A stretch of 64,000 nt of DNA from Paludibacteraceae bacterium. GTDB lineage: Bacteria; Bacteroidota; Bacteroidia; Bacteroidales; Paludibacteraceae. Position 1 is the stretch's first letter, and each line of letters opens with the position of its first letter. The position numbers and the translations under genes are program-made. The DNA lies in contig JAGALP010000004.1 in NCBI GenBank assembly GCA_017625155.1, positions 288,414-352,413 of the forward strand, in the 5' to 3' direction. Positions 45,048 through 51,732 of this stretch are shown here, in pieces. The notes below the pieces were generated by a model. It made no database searches, was not told the origin of the DNA, and worked only from the letters and a program-made list of their open reading frames with translations.

Positions 45048-46214
45048 TTAGTAGCACGCTTTGAGAATAGCGAAGATGTCTTCTGCATTGAGTTGTTTGT
45101 AGCCGCCACCGAGGGCAGTGGAGTTGGCAATGAGCGGTAGCATTTCTTCGGTTGCTCCCACTTCGCGGAGAGTGGCAGGAATGCCCAATTCAGCGATAAA
45201 TGCTTCAAGGCGGTTGATACCCTCTAATGCAATCGCTTCGTCGCCTTGACCCTTATCTTCTACGCCCCAAACTACTTTGGCATAGCGCACGAACTTATGC
45301 AAGCCGTAGCGGTAGATATAGCGGTAGTAGGCAGGCGAGATGATAGCCAGACCGATACCGTGTGCGCAGTCGGTGTAGGCACCCAATTGATGCTCAATCA
45401 TATGCACTTCCCAGTCTTGGGTCTTGCTGAGGCCAAGAATCTTGTTAAGTCCCATCGTTGCGCACCACATGATATTGCTGCGTGCTTCATAATCCTCTTG
45501 ATTGACAATCGCCTTGCGCGAAGCGGATATGAGCGAGAGCATCAGTCCTTCAATTAGGTAGTCGCTGGTGCAGTCGTCATCGCCAGAGAAGTACTGTTCC
45601 ATTAGGTGGGAGAAGATGTCGAAGATACCGCTAATCATCTGATATTTAGGTACCGAGTAGGTGTATTCGGGGTTGAGGATAGAGAAGCGTGGAGTGACCA
45701 ATGCCAATGGATAGACACGACCAATCTTCAGGTTCTCTGCCTCATTGGTGATGACTGAGCCAGAGTTCATTTCGCTGCCAGTACCTGCCATCGTGAGGAT
45801 ACTACCCACAGGAATAATGCGGTTGGTCACGGGTTCTTGATTGACGTAGTAGCGTTGCCATACATCGCCTTCGGCGTAGGCGGCACAAGCTATACCTTTG
45901 GCGCAGTCGATGACGGAACCGCCGCCAACAGCCAAGATAAGGTCGATATTGTGCTCACGTACGAGGCGAGCGCCTTCGAGGAGTTGGGTATAGCGAGGAT
46001 TGGCATTGATGCCTGCTAGTTCCACGACATGCTTGCCTTCGGCTTGCAGGATATTCATGACTTGGTCATAGAGACCGATTTTCTTGATGGATGCTTTGCC
46101 GTAAACGAGTAGAATGTTTGGTCCGTACTCACGGAGTTCGCCAGCTAGTTTATCGATGGCTTTCTTGCCAAAATGAATCCGCGTAGGATTCTGATAGGTG
46201 AAGTCGTATAACAT
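45048..46214 (-). CDS. iron-containing alcohol dehydrogenase (butanol dehydrogenase-like)
   Basis: ..AVGGGSVIDCAK.., ..H..EH..G.. metal-binding His motifs; 388 aa. Confidence 0.9.
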   Translation of the reverse strand: MLYDFTYQNPTRIHFGKKAIDKLAGELREYGPNILLVYGKASIKKIGLYDQVMNILQAEGKHVVELAGINANPRYTQLLEGARLVREHNIDLILAVGGGSVIDCAKGIACAAYAEGDVWQRYYVNQEPVTNRIIPVGSILTMAGTGSEMNSGSVITNEAENLKIGRVYPLALVTPRFSILNPEYTYSVPKYQMISGIFDIFSHLMEQYFSGDDDCTSDYLIEGLMLSLISASRKAIVNQEDYEARSNIMWCATMGLNKILGLSKTQDWEVHMIEHQLGAYTDCAHGIGLAIISPAYYRYIYRYGLHKFVRYAKVVWGVEDKGQGDEAIALEGINRLEAFIAELGIPATLREVGATEEMLPLIANSTALGGGYKQLNAEDIFAILKACY

Positions 46215-46271
46215 GTTTTGTGTTTAGTTGACGCGTCTTTGACGCTATTGTTTAATGTTTAGAGTAGGGTA

Positions 46272-47489
46272 TTAAGGTTTCAATTGTTTTTGCCCCATGA
46301 TATTATAGAGTATATCATCGTTGACAAGCAGCAATTGACCATTAAGAAAGACTTTTTGTGTAGCATTGTGTTGCACATGTACTTCATCTACATAGGTTGC
46401 AGGTGATGGTTCTATAAAGTTTTGAAATTCACACCAATAGGGCGCTTCTTTGTATCGTTGGCTAGATCCCAATGGCACATGTATAGGTATGCTACGATCT
46501 ACGCCTTCAAAAGTATGCGCTTCGATGATAGGAGGTAGGGTATCTTGCAAGGATATTTTGGCTAACTGATTGCAGTTGCAGAAAGCACTATCACCAATTG
46601 TTTGCAGGCCATCACCCGTAAAGACTAATGAATCCAATGAAGAGCATCCTAGAAATGCACTATGTCCTATTGACTGAATGTTTTTAGGTAGTGATAGTTC
46701 CGATAATTGACTACAATGACTGAAAGCACTATCGCCAATTGTTTGCAGACAATCACTCATAAAGACTAATGAATCCAGTGAAGTGCAGCGCAGAAAAGCA
46801 CCAGAACCAATCGTGTGCACTTTCTTAGGAATGGTGATACCTCCTAAGTTGGTAGCGTAGCACAAGAGGAAATCACCAATCTCCTCCAATTCGCTGGGTA
46901 GAAAATAGGTCTTTATCTTTTTAGGTATAGTATCGTATTTGCCAAATAGGCGTTTGTCGTATGCATGCGAATCGTCTACATATGACCGGTTGAGGAAACT
47001 CGCGGAAGCATAGCCGTAAGTAACGATAAGGGTGTCTAGAGCATCGTTGTAGGCAAGCATACAGGTGATGCCTTTGAAGTAGCGAAGATTGTAGCAATTA
47101 TAGAGTATGCCATTCTCCGATTCTGCATAGCCCTCGCCTTCGTACTCAAAGCGCAATAGAGAAGGCATTTGTGCAAAAGCATCTTTACCAAATTTCTTGA
47201 CAGAAGCAGGAATGATAACTTCCGTAAGTTCTTGTTCCTCAAATGCATAACTATCAATAGATGTGATGCTGTCTGGGAACGATACAGAGGCAACTGTAAT
47301 GCTGTTATTGGTGGTCCATGCAGGGTACTTGTACAGTTGCATTTTGCCTTTGCCCGTGATGTCGAGATGGCGGTTTTCGGTATCAAATGACCAATATAGA
47401 GAATCACCACATTGACCTGTGATGGTGTCTGCCATCGCCAAGGAAAACGGCAGGAGAAAGAGTAATAAAGTAGAAATTCTTTTAAACAT
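46272..47489 (-). CDS. leucine-rich repeat (BspA-type) surface protein with C-terminal sorting-like motif
   Basis: Signal peptide; repeated ..IGDSAFSHCSQLSELSLP..IGHSAFLGCSSLDSLVF.. units; C-terminus ..VFLNGQLLLVNDDILYNIMGQKQLKP. Confidence 0.75.
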   Translation of the reverse strand: MFKRISTLLLFLLPFSLAMADTITGQCGDSLYWSFDTENRHLDITGKGKMQLYKYPAWTTNNSITVASVSFPDSITSIDSYAFEEQELTEVIIPASVKKFGKDAFAQMPSLLRFEYEGEGYAESENGILYNCYNLRYFKGITCMLAYNDALDTLIVTYGYASASFLNRSYVDDSHAYDKRLFGKYDTIPKKIKTYFLPSELEEIGDFLLCYATNLGGITIPKKVHTIGSGAFLRCTSLDSLVFMSDCLQTIGDSAFSHCSQLSELSLPKNIQSIGHSAFLGCSSLDSLVFTGDGLQTIGDSAFCNCNQLAKISLQDTLPPIIEAHTFEGVDRSIPIHVPLGSSQRYKEAPYWCEFQNFIEPSPATYVDEVHVQHNATQKVFLNGQLLLVNDDILYNIMGQKQLKP

Positions 47490-47493
47490 ATTT

Positions 47494-48000
47494 TTAGTCT
47501 TTTACAATAGCAGTACCTAAACACTGGTATGCCATTCGGGGTGAGTTATCGCGGGTGTAGATGATGCCACAACGTGTGAATTGGGCTTGCTCAATGAGAT
47601 GAATCATGCGGGCATTGGCTTGGTGGGTGTCAATGCGGATATTGCTGCATTGTGCTGAGCACCAGTCAAGTACGGTGCGAAAAATTCCTCGTTGCTGCCC
47701 ATTAGATGCAATGCGATGAATGGTGCCGTAGGGTAGCGTGTCGTCTAACCATTGCCCGTCTTCAATATGTTGATAAGTAGGGTCTGCACCTATGATAAAA
47801 ACGAAAGTAGCGCAGGGTACTCCTTCGTGCTCCATGACATAGCTCACGCCGCGTTGGATGTCGTTCTCCAACTGTTCGTGCGTGGGATAACCATCGCCCC
47901 ATTGCGTAGGATTGCCATCAGCAGCCATTTGCGCGCGAGCATGGGCAAAGATTGCCATAAGGGCATCAAGGTCGGCGTATGTAGTGAGGCGGATAGTCAT
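47494..48000 (-). CDS. GNAT family N-acetyltransferase
   Basis: ..IHRIASNGQQRGIFRTVLDWC.. motif A-like; 168 aa. Confidence 0.75.
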   Translation of the reverse strand: MTIRLTTYADLDALMAIFAHARAQMAADGNPTQWGDGYPTHEQLENDIQRGVSYVMEHEGVPCATFVFIIGADPTYQHIEDGQWLDDTLPYGTIHRIASNGQQRGIFRTVLDWCSAQCSNIRIDTHQANARMIHLIEQAQFTRCGIIYTRDNSPRMAYQCLGTAIVKD

Positions 48001-48003
48001 GTA

Positions 48004-48999
48004 TCAGTTGTGCAATGTGATGACGGTTATTTCTGCGGGTACGCCGAGGCGGATGGGTAGGGTGCAACCAATGCCAGTGTTGATGTAGAGGGATTGATCC
48101 TCTAATTGGTACCAGCCCTCTGATTCGGTGAACATAAGTGAGGAGAGAGGGTAGCCGAAGAGGCGCACTTGTCCTGCATGCGTGTGTCCGCTGAGAGTCA
48201 GCGGAATATCGGTAGTAGGTACTACCTCTCCTCGCCAATGCGATGGGTCATGAGAGAGGAGGATTTTGAGAGGCGATGAGGCGATAAGGCTATCAGGCAA
48301 GGTCATCGCCTTTGGCAAATCTCCTCGGGAGGTAGTCTGAAATCCTTGTCCCTGACAAGAGGTATTATCCACGCCAATGATTTGCAGGTGTGCGGTGTCG
48401 CGTGAAATGATATACGACTGATTGCGAAGCAGATGCCAACCCAACGTGTCGCGTTGGTAGGCGGTTAGTTGGTTGACTTTTTCTTCTTTCTGTTCATCGG
48501 TTAGCCTGTGGTGGTAAAGTGCAAAATCGTGGTTGCCGAGTACGCTCGTGATACCATTTTTGGCATGCAGTTGGCGGAGCATATCCGTGAACGGAATAGC
48601 TTCTTCTACACCAAAGCCCACGAAGTCGCCCGTAAAGCAGATAAGGTCGGGTTGTTGAGCATTAATCGTATCTATTACGCGTTGCAGGAATGCAGGATTG
48701 TCGGCAAATGAGGATAGGTGCAAGTCGCTGATATGTACAATCTTATATCCGTTGAAAGCAGCGGGTACATGGGGCGACGTGTATGTGGTAGGTTGCACAC
48801 GCAGTTGGAAGCGTCCGAACCAATAGCCATAAAGCATAGTGCCTATGAACAGCAGTACGAGTGCAAGTCCTGTATAGGCAAAAGGTGCATACGGCATAGC
48901 ATGATGACACAGCCGTGCCACTATCCAACAGAGTAGCCATACTAGGGTAGGGCAGAGGAATAGCACTACGATGCAGAATATGAAGAAGGATATAAACAT
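48004..48999 (-). CDS. membrane-anchored metallophosphoesterase (YkuE-like)
   Basis: ..HISDLHL.., ..FTGDFVG.., ..GNHD.., ..SGHTHAGQ.. motifs. ATG 48999 lies 5 nt after the -7 box; the ORF-track TTG start at 49017 falls inside the promoter. Confidence 0.75.
   Translation of the reverse strand: MFISFFIFCIVVLFLCPTLVWLLCWIVARLCHHAMPYAPFAYTGLALVLLFIGTMLYGYWFGRFQLRVQPTTYTSPHVPAAFNGYKIVHISDLHLSSFADNPAFLQRVIDTINAQQPDLICFTGDFVGFGVEEAIPFTDMLRQLHAKNGITSVLGNHDFALYHHRLTDEQKEEKVNQLTAYQRDTLGWHLLRNQSYIISRDTAHLQIIGVDNTSCQGQGFQTTSRGDLPKAMTLPDSLIASSPLKILLSHDPSHWRGEVVPTTDIPLTLSGHTHAGQVRLFGYPLSSLMFTESEGWYQLEDQSLYINTGIGCTLPIRLGVPAEITVITLHN
48268..48302 (-). repeat. in-frame short repeat (GGCGATGAGGCGATA family) inside the phosphoesterase gene
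   Basis: Plus strand GAGAGGCGATGAGGCGATAAGGCTATCAGGCAAGG encodes LPDSLIASSPL. The 16-mer AGGCGATGAGGCGATA is also at 49250-49265. Confidence 0.75.
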
Positions 49000-49003
49000 G
49001 CTG

Positions 49004-49011
49004 CAAAGGTA
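49004..49011 (-). promoter_or_regulatory. Bacteroidota -7 promoter box TACCTTTG
   Basis: 5 nt upstream of ATG 48999. Confidence 0.45.
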
Positions 49012-49056
49012 CAACAAAATTTGCGAAAATGCAAATTTTGAGTAAAAAGAGTTTTA

Positions 49057-49083
49057 GAGGTGATGAGGCGATGAGGTGATGAG
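49057..49083 (-). repeat. intergenic 8 bp tandem words (GAGGYGAT x3) of the same family
   Basis: GAGGTGATGAGGCGATGAGGTGATGAG directly flanks the terminator hairpin. Confidence 0.7.
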
Positions 49084-49088
49084 AAAAA

Positions 49089-49123
49089 CGCTACCCTAGT
49101 GCAAAGGTAGCGCAAGGGTAGCG
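49089..49123 (-). terminator. intrinsic terminator, member of the CGCTACYCTTGCGCTACCTT hairpin family
   Basis: Minus strand: CGCTACCCT-(17 nt loop)-AGGGTAGCG followed by T5; 34 nt after the stop of the 49157-50110 gene. Confidence 0.7.
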
Positions 49124-49156
49124 AAATGGTAATAGGATAATGCTTGGAGATTTGTA

Positions 49157-50110
49157 TTAGAAATTGGTGAGTGATTGTCCCATAGTGTTGTAGGTTTTGC
49201 CGTCGCGGATAATCAGCAATTGACCATTATGGACAACTTTTTGGCTATTAGGCGATGAGGCGATAGGGCTATTAGGCAAGGCTGTATCGGTCTTGTCGAA
49301 ACGGATTGCTATATCGTCATAAGCGAAATAGGCAGGTGCGTTGAGTCCCCATTGTCCGTAGAGGTCGAGCGTACCAACGATATTAAACGCTACGGCATTC
49401 ACTTCACCCAAGACTGACAGATCCCATTTTTGCCATGTGGTGACCACGCTATCCTTGCCATTGTAGAGGGCAAAAGTAGTGCGACTGATCTCGTGGCCAT
49501 TGGCATCTTGACCTACGGCTATGGCGTACAACTTGGTTGTATCGTTGGCAGGAGGATTATAGCCATCGCCGTACACCAAAGAGTTCAGCACATAGCAGAT
49601 GTTGGTGATATACATGTGGTCAATCACACGAGCCTTGCCGTCGGCAAAGGCGATAGTCTGCATTGAAGTATAGTCTGCATTGTAATCATCTACGTGACCG
49701 TTGTGTACGCAGAAGTTTTTTGAGCCGTTGTTGCCGCCATGGAGAGTGGCAAATTGGAGTTCGTACCATGCGGTATTGGCAGGTAGGTCGTTGTTGGTGT
49801 AGCCAGGGTTTGTGAAGTTGGAGATGGCATGTCCACCATTCCAGTAAGGAGCTGTGAAACTGTGGGTTAGCAGAGTGTTTTGTGCGTCGCACCATGTGTA
49901 AACGCCGCCTGCCGTGTAGGTGAGTGTGCCGTTGTACTGCGCATCGTCTACGAGATCCGACCAGGTGGAGATGGTCTTGTTGGCATACTCGAGGGTGTAG
50001 GGCGTGAAGTGCGCATCTGCGTCCTCGAAAGTAAGGGTTCGTAACTCGTAGTCCTGTGCAAGGGCTACATTAGCAAGGCATAATGCCGCAAGAAAAATAG
50101 ATTTCTTCAT
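49157..50110 (-). CDS. secreted DUF4465-like protein with C-terminal sorting-like motif; controlled by a cobalamin riboswitch
   Basis: Signal peptide ..ANVALAQD. Motifs ..WNGGHAISN.., ..WQKWDLSVLGEVNAVAFN.., ..NAPAYFAYDDIAI.. resemble DUF4465 (from memory). C-terminus ..VVHNGQLLIIRDGKTYNTMGQSLTNF. Confidence 0.5.
   Translation of the reverse strand: MKKSIFLAALCLANVALAQDYELRTLTFEDADAHFTPYTLEYANKTISTWSDLVDDAQYNGTLTYTAGGVYTWCDAQNTLLTHSFTAPYWNGGHAISNFTNPGYTNNDLPANTAWYELQFATLHGGNNGSKNFCVHNGHVDDYNADYTSMQTIAFADGKARVIDHMYITNICYVLNSLVYGDGYNPPANDTTKLYAIAVGQDANGHEISRTTFALYNGKDSVVTTWQKWDLSVLGEVNAVAFNIVGTLDLYGQWGLNAPAYFAYDDIAIRFDKTDTALPNSPIASSPNSQKVVHNGQLLIIRDGKTYNTMGQSLTNF
49243..49281 (-). repeat. in-frame short repeat (GGCTATTAGGCGATGAGGCGATAGGGCTATTAGGC) inside the DUF4465-like gene
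   Basis: Encodes ALPNSPIASSPNSQ. Internal 11 nt direct repeat GGCTATTAGGC; shares a 16-mer with 48271-48286 in the same reading frame (IASSP). Confidence 0.75.
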
Positions 50111-50149
50111 GTTGGTTTGTTGTTTAAAGGGTTAATATTATTTGCTCGT

Positions 50150-50211
50150 TTCTCTCGCTGAGGCTATCAGAGCACCCCAAAAATCAGCAGATTTTTCGGG
50201 GCCCCCGCTGG
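50150..50211. repeat. copy 1 of a two-copy structured element (AGAGCACCCC-AAAA..hairpin..TTTT-C-GGGG-N-CCCCGCTGG)
   Basis: 11 bp stem 50175-50185/50190-50201 with bulged C; upstream segment 50153-50161 is complementary to the hairpin centre. Compare 56755-56825. Confidence 0.7.
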
Positions 50212-50238
50212 CTATTAGGCGAGAGGCGAAAGGCAATG
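50210..50238 (-). repeat. intergenic member of the GGCTATTAGGCGA..GGCGA family in the 5' leader
   Basis: GGCTATTAGGCGAGAGGCGAAAGGCAATG abuts the structured element. Confidence 0.6.
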
Positions 50239-50496
50239 TATTAACCACACCTCCCTGACCATCTACTTCGGATTTTCCCAAATGCGAAGTAACATGGCAG
50301 GTTGATGGTCAGGGGTGTGTGGATAGGCGTTTTGACTCCCGAGAAACACACTGACCATTGGATACAACAAACGGGTGTTTGACCAAACTGTCAACCACCT
50401 ATACGCGTATATGCGTACCATAGATACTATTGAAAACCTTTGCGTCATGTCGTTGGCTCGATTCCCCGAGAGCGTTCAACTTCACCAACTCCTCGT

Positions 50497-50680
50497 TGGT
50501 GGCACGCAGCAGGTCTTCTGACTTATCGCTCCTTTTGTTCAGCCTTCCCAGCTTTGTCAGTTGACAGTTGATAGTTGACAAATGACAGTCAGCCAGTGAC
50601 TTATAAGATTTTGAACATCGGATTGCGAATCACAGCAGCGGGACTGTGCAGGATTCTCACCTGCTTCCCTTGACTGAATG
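50497..50680 (-). promoter_or_regulatory. cobalamin (B12) riboswitch
   Basis: Minus strand reads ..AAGGGAAGCAGGTGAGAATCCTGCACAGTCCCGCTGCTGTGA..GTCACTGG..GCTGGGAAGGCTGAAC..GATAAGTCAGAAGACCTGCTGCG (B12 box). Begins ~7 nt after the -7 box. Confidence 0.85.
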
Positions 50681-50685
50681 CGGTG

Positions 50686-50693
50686 CAAAGGTA
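50686..50693 (-). promoter_or_regulatory. Bacteroidota -7 promoter box TACCTTTG (riboswitch transcript)
   Basis: Immediately upstream of the riboswitch 5' end. Confidence 0.55.
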
Positions 50694-50714
50694 CTACTAA
50701 TTTTTGATATATGC

Positions 50715-50746
50715 AAGAAAAATCGCTTTTTGGGGCGATTTTTCTT
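50715..50746 (-). terminator. intrinsic terminator after the CWC gene
   Basis: AAGAAAAATCGC-(8 nt)-GCGATTTTTCTT, a 12 bp stem with a T-rich tail inside the stem. Confidence 0.65.
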
Positions 50747-50819
50747 ATAGGTATGCCGCTTATGAGCGAAGTTACGCGCCTGCGGCGGGTGTTGTCGGCT
50801 TTGCCGAAGTTGTGTGCGC

Positions 50820-50993
50820 TTAGACAGAAAACTCCAATAGGCACTTTCGGCAAAGGCATTGGTTGGGGTATTGCTCTGCGATATAAGCACGGGTGGCGGG
50901 AGAGAGCAATACACCTGCACATTGACACTTGGCGGGATTTTCGTGTTGGCAAATAAACGTAGCTCCACAGCGCGGACAAGATTTGTGTTCCAT
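50820..50993 (-). CDS. 57 aa cysteine-rich small protein (CWC-like)
   Basis: Not in the ORF track: MEHKSCPRCGATFICQHENPAKCQCAGVLLSPATRAYIAEQYPNQCLCRKCLLEFSV. CxxC..C..CxC..CxC..C pattern; followed by a terminator. Confidence 0.55.
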   Translation of the reverse strand: MEHKSCPRCGATFICQHENPAKCQCAGVLLSPATRAYIAEQYPNQCLCRKCLLEFSV

Positions 50994-51004
50994 AGTTGCT
51001 TGAG

Positions 51005-51592
51005 TTACCTATCCCATGATTTGTGTTTGTCGGATTCGGTTATGGGGCGGACGGGACGGCAAGGGTTGCCCACGGCTACTACATTGTCGGGGATGTCTTT
51101 TATTACCACAGAGCCACCGCCAATGACTACATTCGAACCAATCTTCACGCCTGGCATCACATGTACACCTGCTCCAATCCATACATTATCGCCCACTGTG
51201 ATGGGGTAGGCATACTCCAAACCTTGATTGCGGCGGTCAGCATCAATAGGGTGACCAGCGGTGTAGAAACCACAGTTGGGAGCAATAAACACATTATCGC
51301 CAAAAGTGACTTTGGCACCATCCAAAATGACGGTATTATGGTTGGCGAAGAAGTTTTTACCAACTTCGATATTATAGCCATAATCGCACCAAAAAGGTGC
51401 CTGAATGCAGCAGTTATCGGATTTCTTGCCTAATAGTTGGCTGAGAATCTGCTGTTGGTTGGTCTCATCGGAGGGACTTAGTTGGTTGAACTGGTAGCAC
51501 AAGTCTTTAGCTACTTGACGCTCACGAATGAGTTCGGTATCGTAGTTCGCATCGTACAGCATCTGCTGTTGCATTTTTTCTTTTTCGGTCAT
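51005..51592 (-). CDS. maa: maltose/galactoside O-acetyltransferase (LbH)
   Basis: Mac N-terminal domain ..MLYDANYDTELIRERQVAKDLCYQFN.. plus hexapeptide repeats ..VGDNVWIGAGVHVMPGVKIGSNVVIGGGSVV... Confidence 0.85.
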   Translation of the reverse strand: MTEKEKMQQQMLYDANYDTELIRERQVAKDLCYQFNQLSPSDETNQQQILSQLLGKKSDNCCIQAPFWCDYGYNIEVGKNFFANHNTVILDGAKVTFGDNVFIAPNCGFYTAGHPIDADRRNQGLEYAYPITVGDNVWIGAGVHVMPGVKIGSNVVIGGGSVVIKDIPDNVVAVGNPCRPVRPITESDKHKSWDR

Positions 51593-51611
51593 AATTAGAT
51601 GAATTATGCCA

Positions 51612-51619
51612 CAAAGGTA
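51612..51619 (-). promoter_or_regulatory. Bacteroidota -7 promoter box TACCTTTG
   Basis: 20 nt upstream of the maa ATG at 51592. Confidence 0.55.
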
Positions 51620-51641
51620 GTGCTTTTTGGGGATATGTGCA

Positions 51642-51671
51642 AGAAAAATCGCCTTGGAGGGCGATTTTTCT
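51642..51671 (-). terminator. intrinsic terminator after the FGE-domain gene
   Basis: AGAAAAATCGCC-CTCCAA-GGCGATTTTTCT (minus strand), a perfect 12 bp stem. Confidence 0.7.
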
Positions 51672-51732
51672 TGTTGCGTGAATAGACTTTGTGCCTATTC
51701 TTTGGTATTTTTTGGTTGAGAGCAGGTTTAGA

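Noticed and set aside
50263-50581. ORFs 50263-50448(-) and 50399-50581(-) inside the riboswitch leader
   Set aside because: They overlap the B12 aptamer and its expression platform and the S1-S3 helices. They have no start context or conservation signal, so the region is treated as structured RNA.
50557-51209. ORF-track entries 50557-50979(-), 50657-50968(-), 50711-50956(+) and 50859-51209(+)
   Set aside because: They overlap each other, span a terminator hairpin and a promoter, and lack motifs. The region is better explained by the 57 aa Cys-rich ORF (50820-50993) and the 3' end of maa.
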